From positions 1-44,772 of the IMG/VR virus record IMGVR_UViG_3300038393_001064: 44,772 nt of DNA; one strand, 5' to 3'. This document shows positions 36,001-44,772 of the stretch, in pieces (the stretch's first letter is position 1; each line of letters begins with the position of its first letter). The notes below the pieces were generated by a model. The model had not been told where the DNA came from. It ran no database searches and was given only the letters and a program-made list of their open reading frames with translations. The translations under genes and the position numbers were made by a program. The stretch comes from a virus. Taxonomy: Duplodnaviria; Caudoviricetes.

Positions 36001-36957
36001 TTCCCCGGCGCGATGGTGGCGTGGATCGTGCTGATCGTGTTGATCCACGTTTTCGGGTGGGGTCCATGAACGGGCAGCGGTGGCGAATCGCACTCGCGAA
36101 CCGGGCGATGGACGTCGCAGCGTGGCTCGTACGACCAACGGGTTATCGCCCGACGTTCGTCAAGACCGAGCGGCGCTTCGATGAGCCGACGGTCGTGCGA
36201 GCGCGGGTGGAGAAGCAAGGTGAGTAGACGAAACGAAAGGGACACACCGATGACTATTGGAACCGAAACCCTCGGAATCAGGATCACCCGTGGCCGACTC
36301 GACCGAGGCGGCCGATTCCACGACAACCAGCCGTGCGTGTTCCTGCTCTGGCGTGGCCGTCGGGTGGTGGGGTGAGCAAGTCGTTACGACAGCCGAACGC
36401 CTCTAGTCGTCCCTGCCCGTGCTGCAAGGGGAAGGGTCACACCGTCGAACAGGCCGATGGCGGCGGTGCGACCGATGGCGTGTTCAGCTACGAACTTCCA
36501 TGCTCTGAGTGCGACGGCACCGGCCAGAAGTGGGCGACCGCGATCACGACCAAGAACGGGGCGAGCGCGGTCATCCACGGGTCCGCCCCGCTCGATGAGG
36601 AGTCGCAAGGGGCACTTTCGCGGATCATCGACGCAGCGTTTAAGGCGATGGGTGAGAAGTGAAGTCGCAGCCACTGCAGCCATCGGGTCCGCGCTGCCCT
36701 GGCGTGATCGTTGCGTGGCCGAAGGATTGGCCGGATCAGAGGATTCCGTGACGCACCCGATCAAGACCGTGCTGAAGCCTGGGACCCGTGTCTATCACCG
36801 CGTCTTCAAGCACATGAGCGGCGAGGTGGTCAAGGGAGACGGCCACGGCCACTACCAGGTTCGCGTGGACCCCGAGATCGGCCACTTCAGCGAGTTCATC
36901 TGGATCATGCCCAATGAGATCGTGGTCGAGAAGCCTCGACGGAGAAAAGCCACATGA
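33007..36957 (+). other. Accessory array of about 16 small coupled hypothetical ORFs (e.g. 33007-33252, 33249-33524, 33527-34084, 34074-34343, 34333-34578, 34571-34867, 35059-35328, 35318-35620, 35772-35978, 36372-36662, 36748-36957)
   Basis: Continuous tiling with RBS and stop/start overlaps; several CxxC motifs. Confidence 0.6.
33730..33823 (+). ncRNA. Candidate multibranch RNA structure inside ORF 33527-34084
   Basis: 16-bp closing stem with 2 G-U pairs enclosing two hairpins. Confidence 0.45.
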
Positions 36958-36980
36958 GCCCGTGTAGGAGGGCGTTCTCC

Positions 36981-37238
36981 TCAGCTCCGCCGTTCGTAGA
37001 CAGACTCGGACTTTTTTGCTTCGTACACCCGCACGACGTGGTCCGGGTTGATGAAGACCGTGACACCGTCAGCAGTCTCGAAGCGAGGCGCGACACTCGA
37101 GCGGACGAGAGCGCCGCCAGCAACGCCCGCTTTGCTCCAAAGCTGCGTCGCCACCCAGTCCAGGTCGTTGGTGTGGACGTTCTCACCGTTGACCGCGACG
37201 ACTGCGCCGGTCACGAGTTCGATGTTGATGATCGTCAT
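36981..37238 (-). CDS. Solitary reverse-strand hypothetical protein, probably leaderless
   Basis: -10-like TAGGCT 6 nt before the ATG; VFINPDHVVRV motif. Confidence 0.7.
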   Translation of the reverse strand: MTIINIELVTGAVVAVNGENVHTNDLDWVATQLWSKAGVAGGALVRSSVAPRFETADGVTVFINPDHVVRVYEAKKSESVYERRS

Positions 37239-37273
37239 CGCCCTAGCCTAAGCCGTCAGCGAAGGAGATCCGA

Positions 37274-37789
37274 GTGCTAGTTCTGCCGCATGGAGCTATC
37301 AAGAGGCTTGTCGAGACAGGCTCGGTGGACGTCTGGACGCCGCAGATGGAGCCAGAGCCTGCGTTGAACGTCCATCACGTCGTTCGTCGGCGTGCGATCG
37401 GCGAATCGATCACTCGAGCCAAGGCCGCTCACGTCCGCATGGCCGTCCTACAGGAGCTCACGACCGCCGAGGCTTGGGCCGCCGGCTTCAAGAACCGCGA
37501 CGACTTCTACGAGTGGTGGCGCTTGAAGTTCCTCACCGGCCCGCTGATGGAGGAGATCGAGTGCTGGGTCGCCACGTACGAGCGTGAAGACCTGGACATC
37601 CCTCAGTTCCTCGCCCGCCCGGTCGCACGGCGTACGGGCGATTACACAGCCAGCCCAGTGCGCGGAATTGACGACCTCGAGGCCGTGGATGCTTCCGAAT
37701 GGGCAGCAGCAGAGGAGAGGCGCCGGCAGATGCACGCCCAGCAGGCCAAATTCATGTGGCGGATGCAGCGCCGCCGCAAGGCCGCTTAA
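37274..37789 (+). CDS. ASCH/PUA-like domain protein
   Basis: LQELTTAEAWAAGF..RDDFYEWW; AAGGAG RBS. Confidence 0.55.
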   Translation: MLVLPHGAIKRLVETGSVDVWTPQMEPEPALNVHHVVRRRAIGESITRAKAAHVRMAVLQELTTAEAWAAGFKNRDDFYEWWRLKFLTGPLMEEIECWVATYEREDLDIPQFLARPVARRTGDYTASPVRGIDDLEAVDASEWAAAEERRRQMHAQQAKFMWRMQRRRKAA

Positions 37790-37907
37790 TTCGTCCGATC
37801 CAAGGGTAAACTCGACGTTGAGCCTGGGTCTTCGCACCGCCATATGCGGAGTCGCGCGCCCTTGGCTGGCAGTTCTTCTGCGCCCTTTTCCCGGCGCCTC
37901 CTCTCCC

Positions 37908-38311
37908 ATGACACCGCACAACCGCCTCTACGAGGACACGTTCCTGCGTACCCCTGGCTGCCACTGCCCGGAGCCAGTCGGCGATCTGCGAGAGGGAACG
38001 TGCATCTTGTGCGGCCATCAAGTAGCGGGTCACGAGATGCCCGTCCGCCCGAAGAGCATGAGCCTTGGCGCGGGCATTGACCGCTCAACGTTCGCCAAGC
38101 CCACGCGGAAGTTCAGGCCGGCCGCATGAAGGCATACGTCCCGAACCCCAATCCTCAGGACTGGGTCTACGAGAACGGCTTCGTCTACGCCCGTGACGCG
38201 TACGTAGAGACGCCTCTGAGCGCGGATGAACAAGCGGCGTTGGCCAGTCTCGGACCCAAGGACGAGGACAACCCCGATGTTGCCCGTCCAGGCGAGTGGG
38301 AGCAGTTCTGA
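37908..38311 (+). other. Two small ORFs (37908-38129, 38126-38311)
   Basis: ATGA/TGATG coupling into the terminase genes. Confidence 0.5.
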
Positions 38312-38904
38312 TGGGTGCAGCGGTCCAGCGCAGCTACACGCTCGAGCAGATCGAGGCAGGGCTGACTGAGCTCGCCATCTGGCACGGCAATGTCAGACAG
38401 GCCGAGCGGACATTGGCTGAGCGCGGCTTGGAGATCCCGAAGTCCACCCTTCAGGATTGGAAGACGATTCATGCTGACCGCCTAGCCGAGCTTCAAGAGC
38501 AGATCGTTCCTCAGGTGAGGGCGAAGCTGGCCGAGGTTCACGAAGTCATCAGCATGCGGGCTGGCGAATTGACGCTTAAGGGCCTAGATCGCTTCGGAGA
38601 CGAACTGAGCAAGCTTGAGGCGAGGGACCTAGCCGCAGCCATCCGCAACATCAGCACCACAGGCGCCATAGCGGTGGACAAGGCGTCGCTACTGCGCGGT
38701 ATGCCTACCGAGATCCGCCAGACGGATTCAGCGGAGGAGATCCTGAAGCGCCTCGAGCAGAAGCACCCCGGCATGTTCGTGAGCAAGCAGGCGGATGCGG
38801 ATATCCCAGAGGCTGAGGTCGTAGAGGAGAAGCCCGCCGAAGGCGCTGGAGGGGCAGTTATTGCGGACGCACACGGACGCAAACGCACAGGCGCGAGTAC
38901 CTAG
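38311..38904 (+). CDS. terS: Probable terminase small subunit
   Basis: N-terminal HTH (GNVRQAERTL...IPKSTLQDW), helical body; upstream of terL. Confidence 0.6.
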   Translation: MGAAVQRSYTLEQIEAGLTELAIWHGNVRQAERTLAERGLEIPKSTLQDWKTIHADRLAELQEQIVPQVRAKLAEVHEVISMRAGELTLKGLDRFGDELSKLEARDLAAAIRNISTTGAIAVDKASLLRGMPTEIRQTDSAEEILKRLEQKHPGMFVSKQADADIPEAEVVEEKPAEGAGGAVIADAHGRKRTGAST

Positions 38905-39162
38905 GGCGAGCTTCCCGAGTAGCCGCACCCTCCACGGCCATTGGTCAAGAACCGCTTACCCATGCGGGATATGTGGAGCTTGCGACTCGCCGTGCGACTG
39001 CATGGATGCTGAGAAGCCCTTAGCCCATGACCCACCTGGCCGCTGAGGACGCCCGCCGGCTCCTCACACGCACGAGGGGGAGGGGAGGGGTCCGCGCCCT
39101 TCGCGGGACTTCCCAAATTTCTAGCCCCCTCTTGCAATCCGCCAGACAAACGGCTTTTCCCT

Positions 39163-40674
39163 TTGGCTCTCCCACGGATCAATCCCGCCTATCTGGCATC
39201 CCTGCCTCCGAAGGAGCGGGCGGAAGTCGAAAGGGATCTGGCCCGACTCGAGCAGCTGACCGAGGCGGACCCGCTTCAGACCTTCGAGCCGAACTGCTCC
39301 GAGCAGGACAAGTTCCTCCGGGCTACGACAAAGACGCAGGCGGCTTTCGCCGGCAACCAGGCCGGGAAGACGACCTCGCTGATCGTCAAGAGCCTGATCC
39401 AGGTGACGCCGAGGGAGCGGCTGCCTGAGCGCCTGCGGCCGTACAAGCTGTTCGACGGGCAGGTGCAGGGAAGGGTTGTGGCACCGGGCGCACGACAGCT
39501 CGGGAACACGATCATCCCGGCCTTCCGCCAGTGGGCGCCGAAGCACATCCTGATCGAGGGGAACTTCGACAAGTCGTGGCGGGCGCAGGAACAGGTGCTG
39601 CGCTTCAACGATGGCTCCTTCATCGACTTCCTTTCCTACGAGACGGAGCTCGACAAGTTCGGCGGCGTCCAGCGCCACTTCCTCGGCTACGACGAACCTC
39701 CCCCGCGCGACATCCGCGACGAGGGTCTGGCTCGTCTGACGCGCTTCGGCGGCTTCGAGATGTTCGCGATGACCCCGCTCAAGGCGAACACGGGCTGGAT
39801 CAGGCGCGACATCTGGCGCAAGCGCGAAGCCCCGGACGTGACGGTCGCCAAGTGGTCGATCCACGACAACAAGGCGCTTTCAGAGGAGGCGGTCCGCTAC
39901 TTCCTTGACAACCTGCCGAACGATCTCTGGCGCGCAGCGCGCGAGTTCGGAGACTTCGTAGAGGTAGGCGGGCTGATGTACCCGCGCTTCGAGGACTGGG
40001 TCCCGAAGGACATCCCGGCAGACCCGGATGAGGCGATGGAGGCTCTGCAAGAGCGGGTCGCAGCCTCGGACATCGTCGTCGGCATCGACCCCGGCTATCG
40101 CAACGCCGCCTTCGTCTGGGTCGCCTTCGACCGCGACGGGCGTGCTCTCGCCTTTGCCGAGCGGGTCTTGCAGCAGAAGGACGCCTCCGACTACGCGGGC
40201 GCCATCCGCGCCATGAACGCGCGCTGGGGCCTCAAGCAGGACGAGATCACCTACGTGATCGACCCGTCCTACCGCTCACGCGGGCTCGCGGGCCACGGGG
40301 AGAACGTCGAATCGGCGCTTTCACGCGAGGGCATCTACTGCGTCCCCGGCGAGAACGCGATCGAGGCGGGCGTGATGGAGGTCAACCAGCGCGGCAACTC
40401 GCAGATGCTGGAGATCTCTCCCGCACTCGTAGGGCTTCGTGACGAAGCCGACGAGTACGCGATGGAGGACCGCGAGGACGGCGTCTTCAAGGAGAAGCGC
40501 AACGACAACTCGCACCGTTTGGACGCGCTCCGGTACGTCTGCATGTACCGGACCTGGACCCCCTCGATGGACCTGCAGGAGCGCCAGGCGCTCGGCTGGG
40601 TGCCCGGCACCGCCCCAGGCTTGGATCTCTTTGAAGGACGCAGGCAGGCAGTACCGATGGGCGATATGTCATGA
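39163..40674 (+). CDS. terL: Terminase large subunit
   Basis: Walker A AGNQAGKT, Walker B FLGYDE, MTP coupling motif, GIDPG, HRLDALRY. Confidence 0.95.
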   Translation: MALPRINPAYLASLPPKERAEVERDLARLEQLTEADPLQTFEPNCSEQDKFLRATTKTQAAFAGNQAGKTTSLIVKSLIQVTPRERLPERLRPYKLFDGQVQGRVVAPGARQLGNTIIPAFRQWAPKHILIEGNFDKSWRAQEQVLRFNDGSFIDFLSYETELDKFGGVQRHFLGYDEPPPRDIRDEGLARLTRFGGFEMFAMTPLKANTGWIRRDIWRKREAPDVTVAKWSIHDNKALSEEAVRYFLDNLPNDLWRAAREFGDFVEVGGLMYPRFEDWVPKDIPADPDEAMEALQERVAASDIVVGIDPGYRNAAFVWVAFDRDGRALAFAERVLQQKDASDYAGAIRAMNARWGLKQDEITYVIDPSYRSRGLAGHGENVESALSREGIYCVPGENAIEAGVMEVNQRGNSQMLEISPALVGLRDEADEYAMEDREDGVFKEKRNDNSHRLDALRYVCMYRTWTPSMDLQERQALGWVPGTAPGLDLFEGRRQAVPMGDMS

Positions 40675-40693
40675 CACCGAAAGGAGCCACCTA

Positions 40694-41128
40694 GTGGCAA
40701 GCAAGAAGTCATCCTCGAGCAAGAAGTCCTCGAGCACAAAGTCGAGGTCCTCCTCGAAGTCATCCGCTCCGAAGGTCAAGGACGCAACCAAGACACCGGC
40801 CGGCGCCTCGCAGGCCTCGAAGACCGAGGAGCGCCGCCCCGCTCCGACGATCGGCGACACCGCCGGTGCGGAGTTCAACCCGGCCCGCACGCCGGAGGGC
40901 GAGAAGGTGGCCCAGACGGGTGCCAACCCGCGCGCATCGCGTGCAGGCGTCATCACGAACATCGGATCAGTGGGAAAAGCTGACTCCGGCGCGGAATACA
41001 CCGTTTCCGTCCTCGACGGAGGATCGGTTGCGCTGAGCGTCGGCAGCAGCCAGGGCGAGTTCCTGACCCAGAACGATGCGATCCAGCTGCGCAAGCTGCT
41101 CGATCAGGCAGTGGTGGGGGCCTTCTGA
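40694..41128 (+). CDS. Hypothetical protein with an S/K-rich histone-like N-terminus
   Basis: AAGGAG RBS; ASKKSSSSKKSSSTKSRSSSK. Confidence 0.65.
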   Translation: MASKKSSSSKKSSSTKSRSSSKSSAPKVKDATKTPAGASQASKTEERRPAPTIGDTAGAEFNPARTPEGEKVAQTGANPRASRAGVITNIGSVGKADSGAEYTVSVLDGGSVALSVGSSQGEFLTQNDAIQLRKLLDQAVVGAF

Positions 41129-41574
41129 TGCCGACCCAGACCGTGGCGCAGGTCGAGGCCTACGCCCATTGCACACAGCCGCGCTGCCCCGGCTACCGCG
41201 AAGAGGCGGTCCGGGGCGTGCGCACCGAGGACGCCTACACCTACGCCGAGCGTGGTGGCGACCTTCCGGGGATCGAGTCCTCGTTCGTGTACCTCACGTT
41301 CGCCAACGAGGAAGAGATCCCATGTCCGCACTGCGGGCGGCCGCGCGACATCTCACCGACGTCGCGGCCGCAGTACGCGAACCTCTCAGGCTTCGCACAG
41401 GACGGGTTGCTCGATGTCGAGCCGTTCGACGCCGCGAAGCAGGTAGAGGTCGCCGGTCAGCCGGTGCGCGACGACGAGCGGGAGTCGATGCTGACCGAGA
41501 TCGCCGAGCTGCGCGGGATGGTCACGGCGCTGCTAGGGCAGTCGAAGCCGCCCGAGGAACCGGAAGGCGACTGA
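41128..41574 (+). CDS. Zn-binding-like hypothetical protein
   Basis: CTQPRC...CPHC; coupled. Confidence 0.65.
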   Translation: MPTQTVAQVEAYAHCTQPRCPGYREEAVRGVRTEDAYTYAERGGDLPGIESSFVYLTFANEEEIPCPHCGRPRDISPTSRPQYANLSGFAQDGLLDVEPFDAAKQVEVAGQPVRDDERESMLTEIAELRGMVTALLGQSKPPEEPEGD

Positions 41575-41930
41575 TGCGTCACGTCGATCAGGCGGTCGTT
41601 CGACCGTTTCGCTGTGCCGTGATCCCGTACCTCGGCAACAAGAACGCCTTGGGCGGGTTCATCGACACGGGTCAGAGCCTCGACCGCGAGCACGTCTACA
41701 TCTCGCTCGAGGCGGCGGTCGAGCTCGCGAAGTTCATCGGCTGGACCGGGCCAAGCGCGGTCAAGGCGAAGGACGACGAGATCGTGGCGCTTAGGTCGCG
41801 GATCGAACAGTTGGAGGCCGAGGTGCGCGAGGCGGACAAGTTCGCCGAGTCGGCGGAATACACGCTTGCGCGCTTCGGCCAGAAGGTCCAGCGCAAGCCC
41901 GGCAGGCCGAAGAAGGAGACGCCCGCATGA
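41574..41930 (+). CDS. Hypothetical protein with coiled coil and AT-hook-like RKPGRPKK
   Basis: TGATG/ATGA coupling. Confidence 0.65.
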   Translation: MRHVDQAVVRPFRCAVIPYLGNKNALGGFIDTGQSLDREHVYISLEAAVELAKFIGWTGPSAVKAKDDEIVALRSRIEQLEAEVREADKFAESAEYTLARFGQKVQRKPGRPKKETPA

Positions 41931-42271
41931 GCCAGGTCGGATACGCCACGAGCGCGATCAAGCGCGCGTTTGCGAACGTCGCCGTCTCGCAGACGGACTC
42001 GAGCCTCGTAGCAGCAGTCACCGGCAAGAAGCTCCGGGTCATCGCGCTGTTCGTCTCAGGTGCGGGTACGGCGACCAACGTCACTCTCAACAGTAAAGGT
42101 GCAGGTGCGGGCACGGCGATCTCGCCGCTGATCGCGAGTGGTGTCAACACCCAGACGGTCCTCCCCTATTTGGAGAATGGCTGGTTCGAGACGAACGCCG
42201 GTGAGGCGCTGACGGTCACCACCGGGACAGGCTCTACGACGGGCATCTTCGTCCTCTACGTCGAGGTCTAA
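41927..42271 (+). CDS. Small beta-rich virion-associated protein
   Basis: AAGGAG RBS; T/A/G-rich; GWFETNAGEAL motif. Confidence 0.6.
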   Translation: MSQVGYATSAIKRAFANVAVSQTDSSLVAAVTGKKLRVIALFVSGAGTATNVTLNSKGAGAGTAISPLIASGVNTQTVLPYLENGWFETNAGEALTVTTGTGSTTGIFVLYVEV

Positions 42272-42284
42272 GGAGACAGGCGCG

Positions 42285-42833
42285 GTGGCTACAGACGCAA
42301 TCCAATGGCAGGTGAAGACGACCCTTGACAAGTACGAGGGCGACTTCACGGCCGAACAGATAGATGCCGGCGAGGCGGACGACGCGCACATCGAAACGGT
42401 CGAGCGCGAGGGCAACCTGCTGATGTACGGCGGGGCCTCGTGCCTGTGGCAGGCCCTGATCGGCAACGGCACGACCACAGCAGGACAAGCGCTCACCTAC
42501 TTCTCGAATACGCGCGCCGCGATTGGTGCGGGTGATTCCAGCACCGCCGCCGCTGCGACCCAGACCGACTTGCAGGCCGCGACCAACAAGGCGCGCGTAG
42601 GCATGGACGCGTCCTACCCGACGCACACCGACGCGACGACTTCCGGCGCCGCGACGATCACTTTCCGCGCGACCTTCGACACCTCGACCGCGAACTTCAC
42701 CTGGGCTGAGTGGGGGATCTTCAACTCTTCGACCGCCGCCACCGGCCGGATGCTCAATCGCAAGGTCGAAGCGCTCGGCACGAAGACCTCGGCGCAGACC
42801 TGGCAGATGACCGTCACGATCACGCTCGCCTAG
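42285..42833 (+). CDS. Fibre/appendage base protein
   Basis: IGAGDSSTAAAATQTDL, ATF.T..ANFTWAEWGIFN, MLNRKV, LGTK motifs seen in phage fibre-collar-type proteins. Confidence 0.6.
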   Translation: MATDAIQWQVKTTLDKYEGDFTAEQIDAGEADDAHIETVEREGNLLMYGGASCLWQALIGNGTTTAGQALTYFSNTRAAIGAGDSSTAAAATQTDLQAATNKARVGMDASYPTHTDATTSGAATITFRATFDTSTANFTWAEWGIFNSSTAATGRMLNRKVEALGTKTSAQTWQMTVTITLA

Positions 42834-42853
42834 CGGGCGCGAGGACTTAGTCT

Positions 42854-44772
42854 GTGGCCTTCTCGGTCACAAAGGGCAGTTTCGCTGCCAAGACGTCCAC
42901 CGGGACGCAGGCAATCACGGGCGTCGGATTCCAGCCGAAGGCGGTGATCCTGTTCTGGGAGCGCATCACCGCTGCCGGCTTCAACGCGGCGAACATCTCG
43001 GGTGGCATGGGGATGTTCACGTCCGCGACCGACTGTGCAGTCACGGCGTGGGGGATCAACGACGCGGCTGCTGCCAACTCCGCGAGCGGTTCTTACGGCT
43101 ACTTCAACGCGGGCACCTACTGCTGTCTGATGATGTCGGACGCGACGCCGACCTACGCGCGGTACTGCTCGCCGGTCTCGATGGACGCGGACGGATTCAC
43201 GATCACCTGGGCCGTCGCCGACGCGAACGCCGTGATCGTCCATTACCTGGCGCTCGGCGGGACGACGCTCACGAACGCCAAGGTCGCTTCCGGGACAACC
43301 GGCGGCACGACCGGGAACCGCGCATCCACGGGGGTCGGGTTCCAGCCCGACGCGCTGTTTTTCATGGCCCGTCGCGACGATGGCGTCGCCAACCCGTATG
43401 CCGACGTTGGCATCGGCGCGGCGCTGTCGTCTACCAATCGCGCCTTCGCCTACTTCGGCACCGAGCGCGCGGCCAGCCCGACGAACGTCTACCAGGCGCA
43501 GGGCACGACGAAGACGCTGATAATTCCCAAGGCGTCCGGTGGCGGTGTGGTCGGGTCGAAGGTGGCCGACTTCGTCTCGATGGACGCGGACGGTTTCACG
43601 CTTAACTGGACGACCAACGACGGGAGCAACCCAAGCCAGCCGTTCGCGTACCTGGCGTTGAAGGGCGGCAACTACCAGCTCGGCGTAGAGACGCAAAAGA
43701 CGTCCACCGGGACGAAGGCGACGACGGGCGTCGGATTCGCACCGGCCGGACTGTTCCTGTTCGGTGCCAACCACACATCGACCGTCTCGGATCAGACCGA
43801 CAAGCGCCGCATCTCGATCGGTGCTGCGTCATCTCCCGGTGTCGAGGGCTGCATCTGGGATCAGTCGGTGGACAACGTCGCGACGACGCAGACATCAGCC
43901 GCGACTGTCACCGACAAGGTCCTGCGCCACGCCACCGCTGATTCGACCACAGACGCTGAAGCCGATGTTGCAACGATCGACTCAGATGGCTTCACCCTCA
44001 ACTGGACGACCGCTGATGCGACGGCGCGCGAGTTTGTCTACTTTGCCGTTGGCCCCGGCACTGCCACACCGCCGACAACTGTTAGCGCATCGGACAGCGC
44101 AACCGCCACCGAAGGCACGACTGCCGTCGTCGTCTCGGTCGCCGAGCCTGCGATCCCCACGCTTAGCCACGCCGCGTCGTCGGTCATGGGCATGGGCTCG
44201 GCCGGATCTTGGGACGACTACCTCGTCTACAACCCCCGGATCGTCAAGAACATCGACGGCATCTCGCCGTACCGGGACGCCAACGGCTACTACTACATCT
44301 ACTACAGCGGCTCGGGCAACACCGTCGGCACCGACCGCGATCGCATTGGCCTCTACCGGACGCTCGACTGGGTCACCTTCACGAAGTACTCGGTCAGCGG
44401 GCCGGTCATGGGCTGGGGCCCTTCCGGCACCTACGACGAATCCGGGACCGTCTGGGACGGCACCGACGTCTCGGCCACCACCGTCATCCACGACGGCACG
44501 AAGTTCATCATGTACTTCGAGGGCAACCGCTTCTCGAACGCACACGGGGACCAGGTGGAGATCGGCGTGGCGACCTCGACGGATGGCCTGACTTGGACGA
44601 AGGACGCGGGCAACCCGATCGTCACTCGCGGCGCGGCCGGCACGGGCGACGCGGAAGACGTCTACGCCTTCAGCGTCATCAAGGACGGCTCGACCTGGAA
44701 GGCGTGGTACACGGGCCACGACAGCGCGGGCAACTACCGCGTCATGCACGCCACCGCCTCGGCCTACAACGG
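42854..44772 (+). CDS. Receptor-binding/appendage protein (809 aa in total, continues to 638): three internal repeats plus a five-bladed beta-propeller glycoside-hydrolase-like domain
   Basis: Missed by the ORF track; GAGGA RBS, GTG 42854; TGVGF(Q/A)P...D(A/S)DGFT(I/L)xW three times; SWDD, YYIYYSG, IGVATSTDGLTWTK..NPI. Confidence 0.85.
   Translation, partial: MAFSVTKGSFAAKTSTGTQAITGVGFQPKAVILFWERITAAGFNAANISGGMGMFTSATDCAVTAWGINDAAAANSASGSYGYFNAGTYCCLMMSDATPTYARYCSPVSMDADGFTITWAVADANAVIVHYLALGGTTLTNAKVASGTTGGTTGNRASTGVGFQPDALFFMARRDDGVANPYADVGIGAALSSTNRAFAYFGTERAASPTNVYQAQGTTKTLIIPKASGGGVVGSKVADFVSMDADGFTLNWTTNDGSNPSQPFAYLALKGGNYQLGVETQKTSTGTKATTGVGFAPAGLFLFGANHTSTVSDQTDKRRISIGAASSPGVEGCIWDQSVDNVATTQTSAATVTDKVLRHATADSTTDAEADVATIDSDGFTLNWTTADATAREFVYFAVGPGTATPPTTVSASDSATATEGTTAVVVSVAEPAIPTLSHAASSVMGMGSAGSWDDYLVYNPRIVKNIDGISPYRDANGYYYIYYSGSGNTVGTDRDRIGLYRTLDWVTFTKYSVSGPVMGWGPSGTYDESGTVWDGTDVSATTVIHDGTKFIMYFEGNRFSNAHGDQVEIGVATSTDGLTWTKDAGNPIVTRGAAGTGDAEDVYAFSVIKDGSTWKAWYTGHDSAGNYRVMHATASAYN
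44646..44772. repeat. 127-bp terminal overlap (copy 2)
   Basis: Identical to 1-127. Confidence 0.97.

Larger units (their letters stand above)
1..44772. mobile_element. Complete temperate phage genome, podovirus-like, probable actinobacterial host
   Basis: Terminase, portal, capsid, lysis, repressor/cro and xis/int all present; no host housekeeping genes seen; circular. Confidence 0.93.

Noticed and set aside
42890-43714. Repeats in the receptor-binding gene as a diversity-generating retroelement
   Set aside because: No reverse transcriptase and no adenine-specific TR/VR pattern; they are domain repeats.
43764-44591. Plus-strand track ORFs 43048-43605 and 43764-44591
   Set aside because: Alternate frames of the real origin-spanning gene starting at 42854.
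44646-44772. 127-bp terminal repeat as a biological DTR
   Set aside because: It falls mid-gene and its length equals a common assembler k-mer; best read as circular overlap.

Overview
The window is a complete, circularly assembled temperate phage genome of about 44.6 kb. Bases 1-127 repeat exactly at 44646-44772, and one gene crosses that join. It is GC-rich and almost entirely on the + strand. The virion looks podovirus-like: terminase, portal, scaffold, capsid, tail adaptor and nozzle, ejection proteins and an SLT/M23 hydrolase, with no recognisable tape-measure or tail-tube gene. The host is probably an actinobacterium (Rpf gene, actinobacterial-type LexA box, leaderless genes, no recognisable spanins); this is inference. 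Order: structural genes (1389-16078), lysis/membrane genes (16311-18284), immunity switch (18918-20569), early/replication genes, xis-int-attP (25133-26624), a second tyrosine recombinase, DNA-modification genes (N6/N4 methyltransferase, Mom-like), many small accessory ORFs, terminase and receptor-binding genes. The best lead is a resuscitation-promoting-factor (Rpf) gene whose only in-frame start codons lie upstream of the candidate attP core, so integration would cut it off and excision would rebuild it. Other leads are a LexA box with a convergent ORF next to a repressor lacking a self-cleavage domain, a 20-bp-phased operator array, about 15 early proteins ending in Ala-Ala, a split replication initiator, and G-U-supported RNA structures inside ORFs. 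All calls come from reading motifs by eye; no searches were run.
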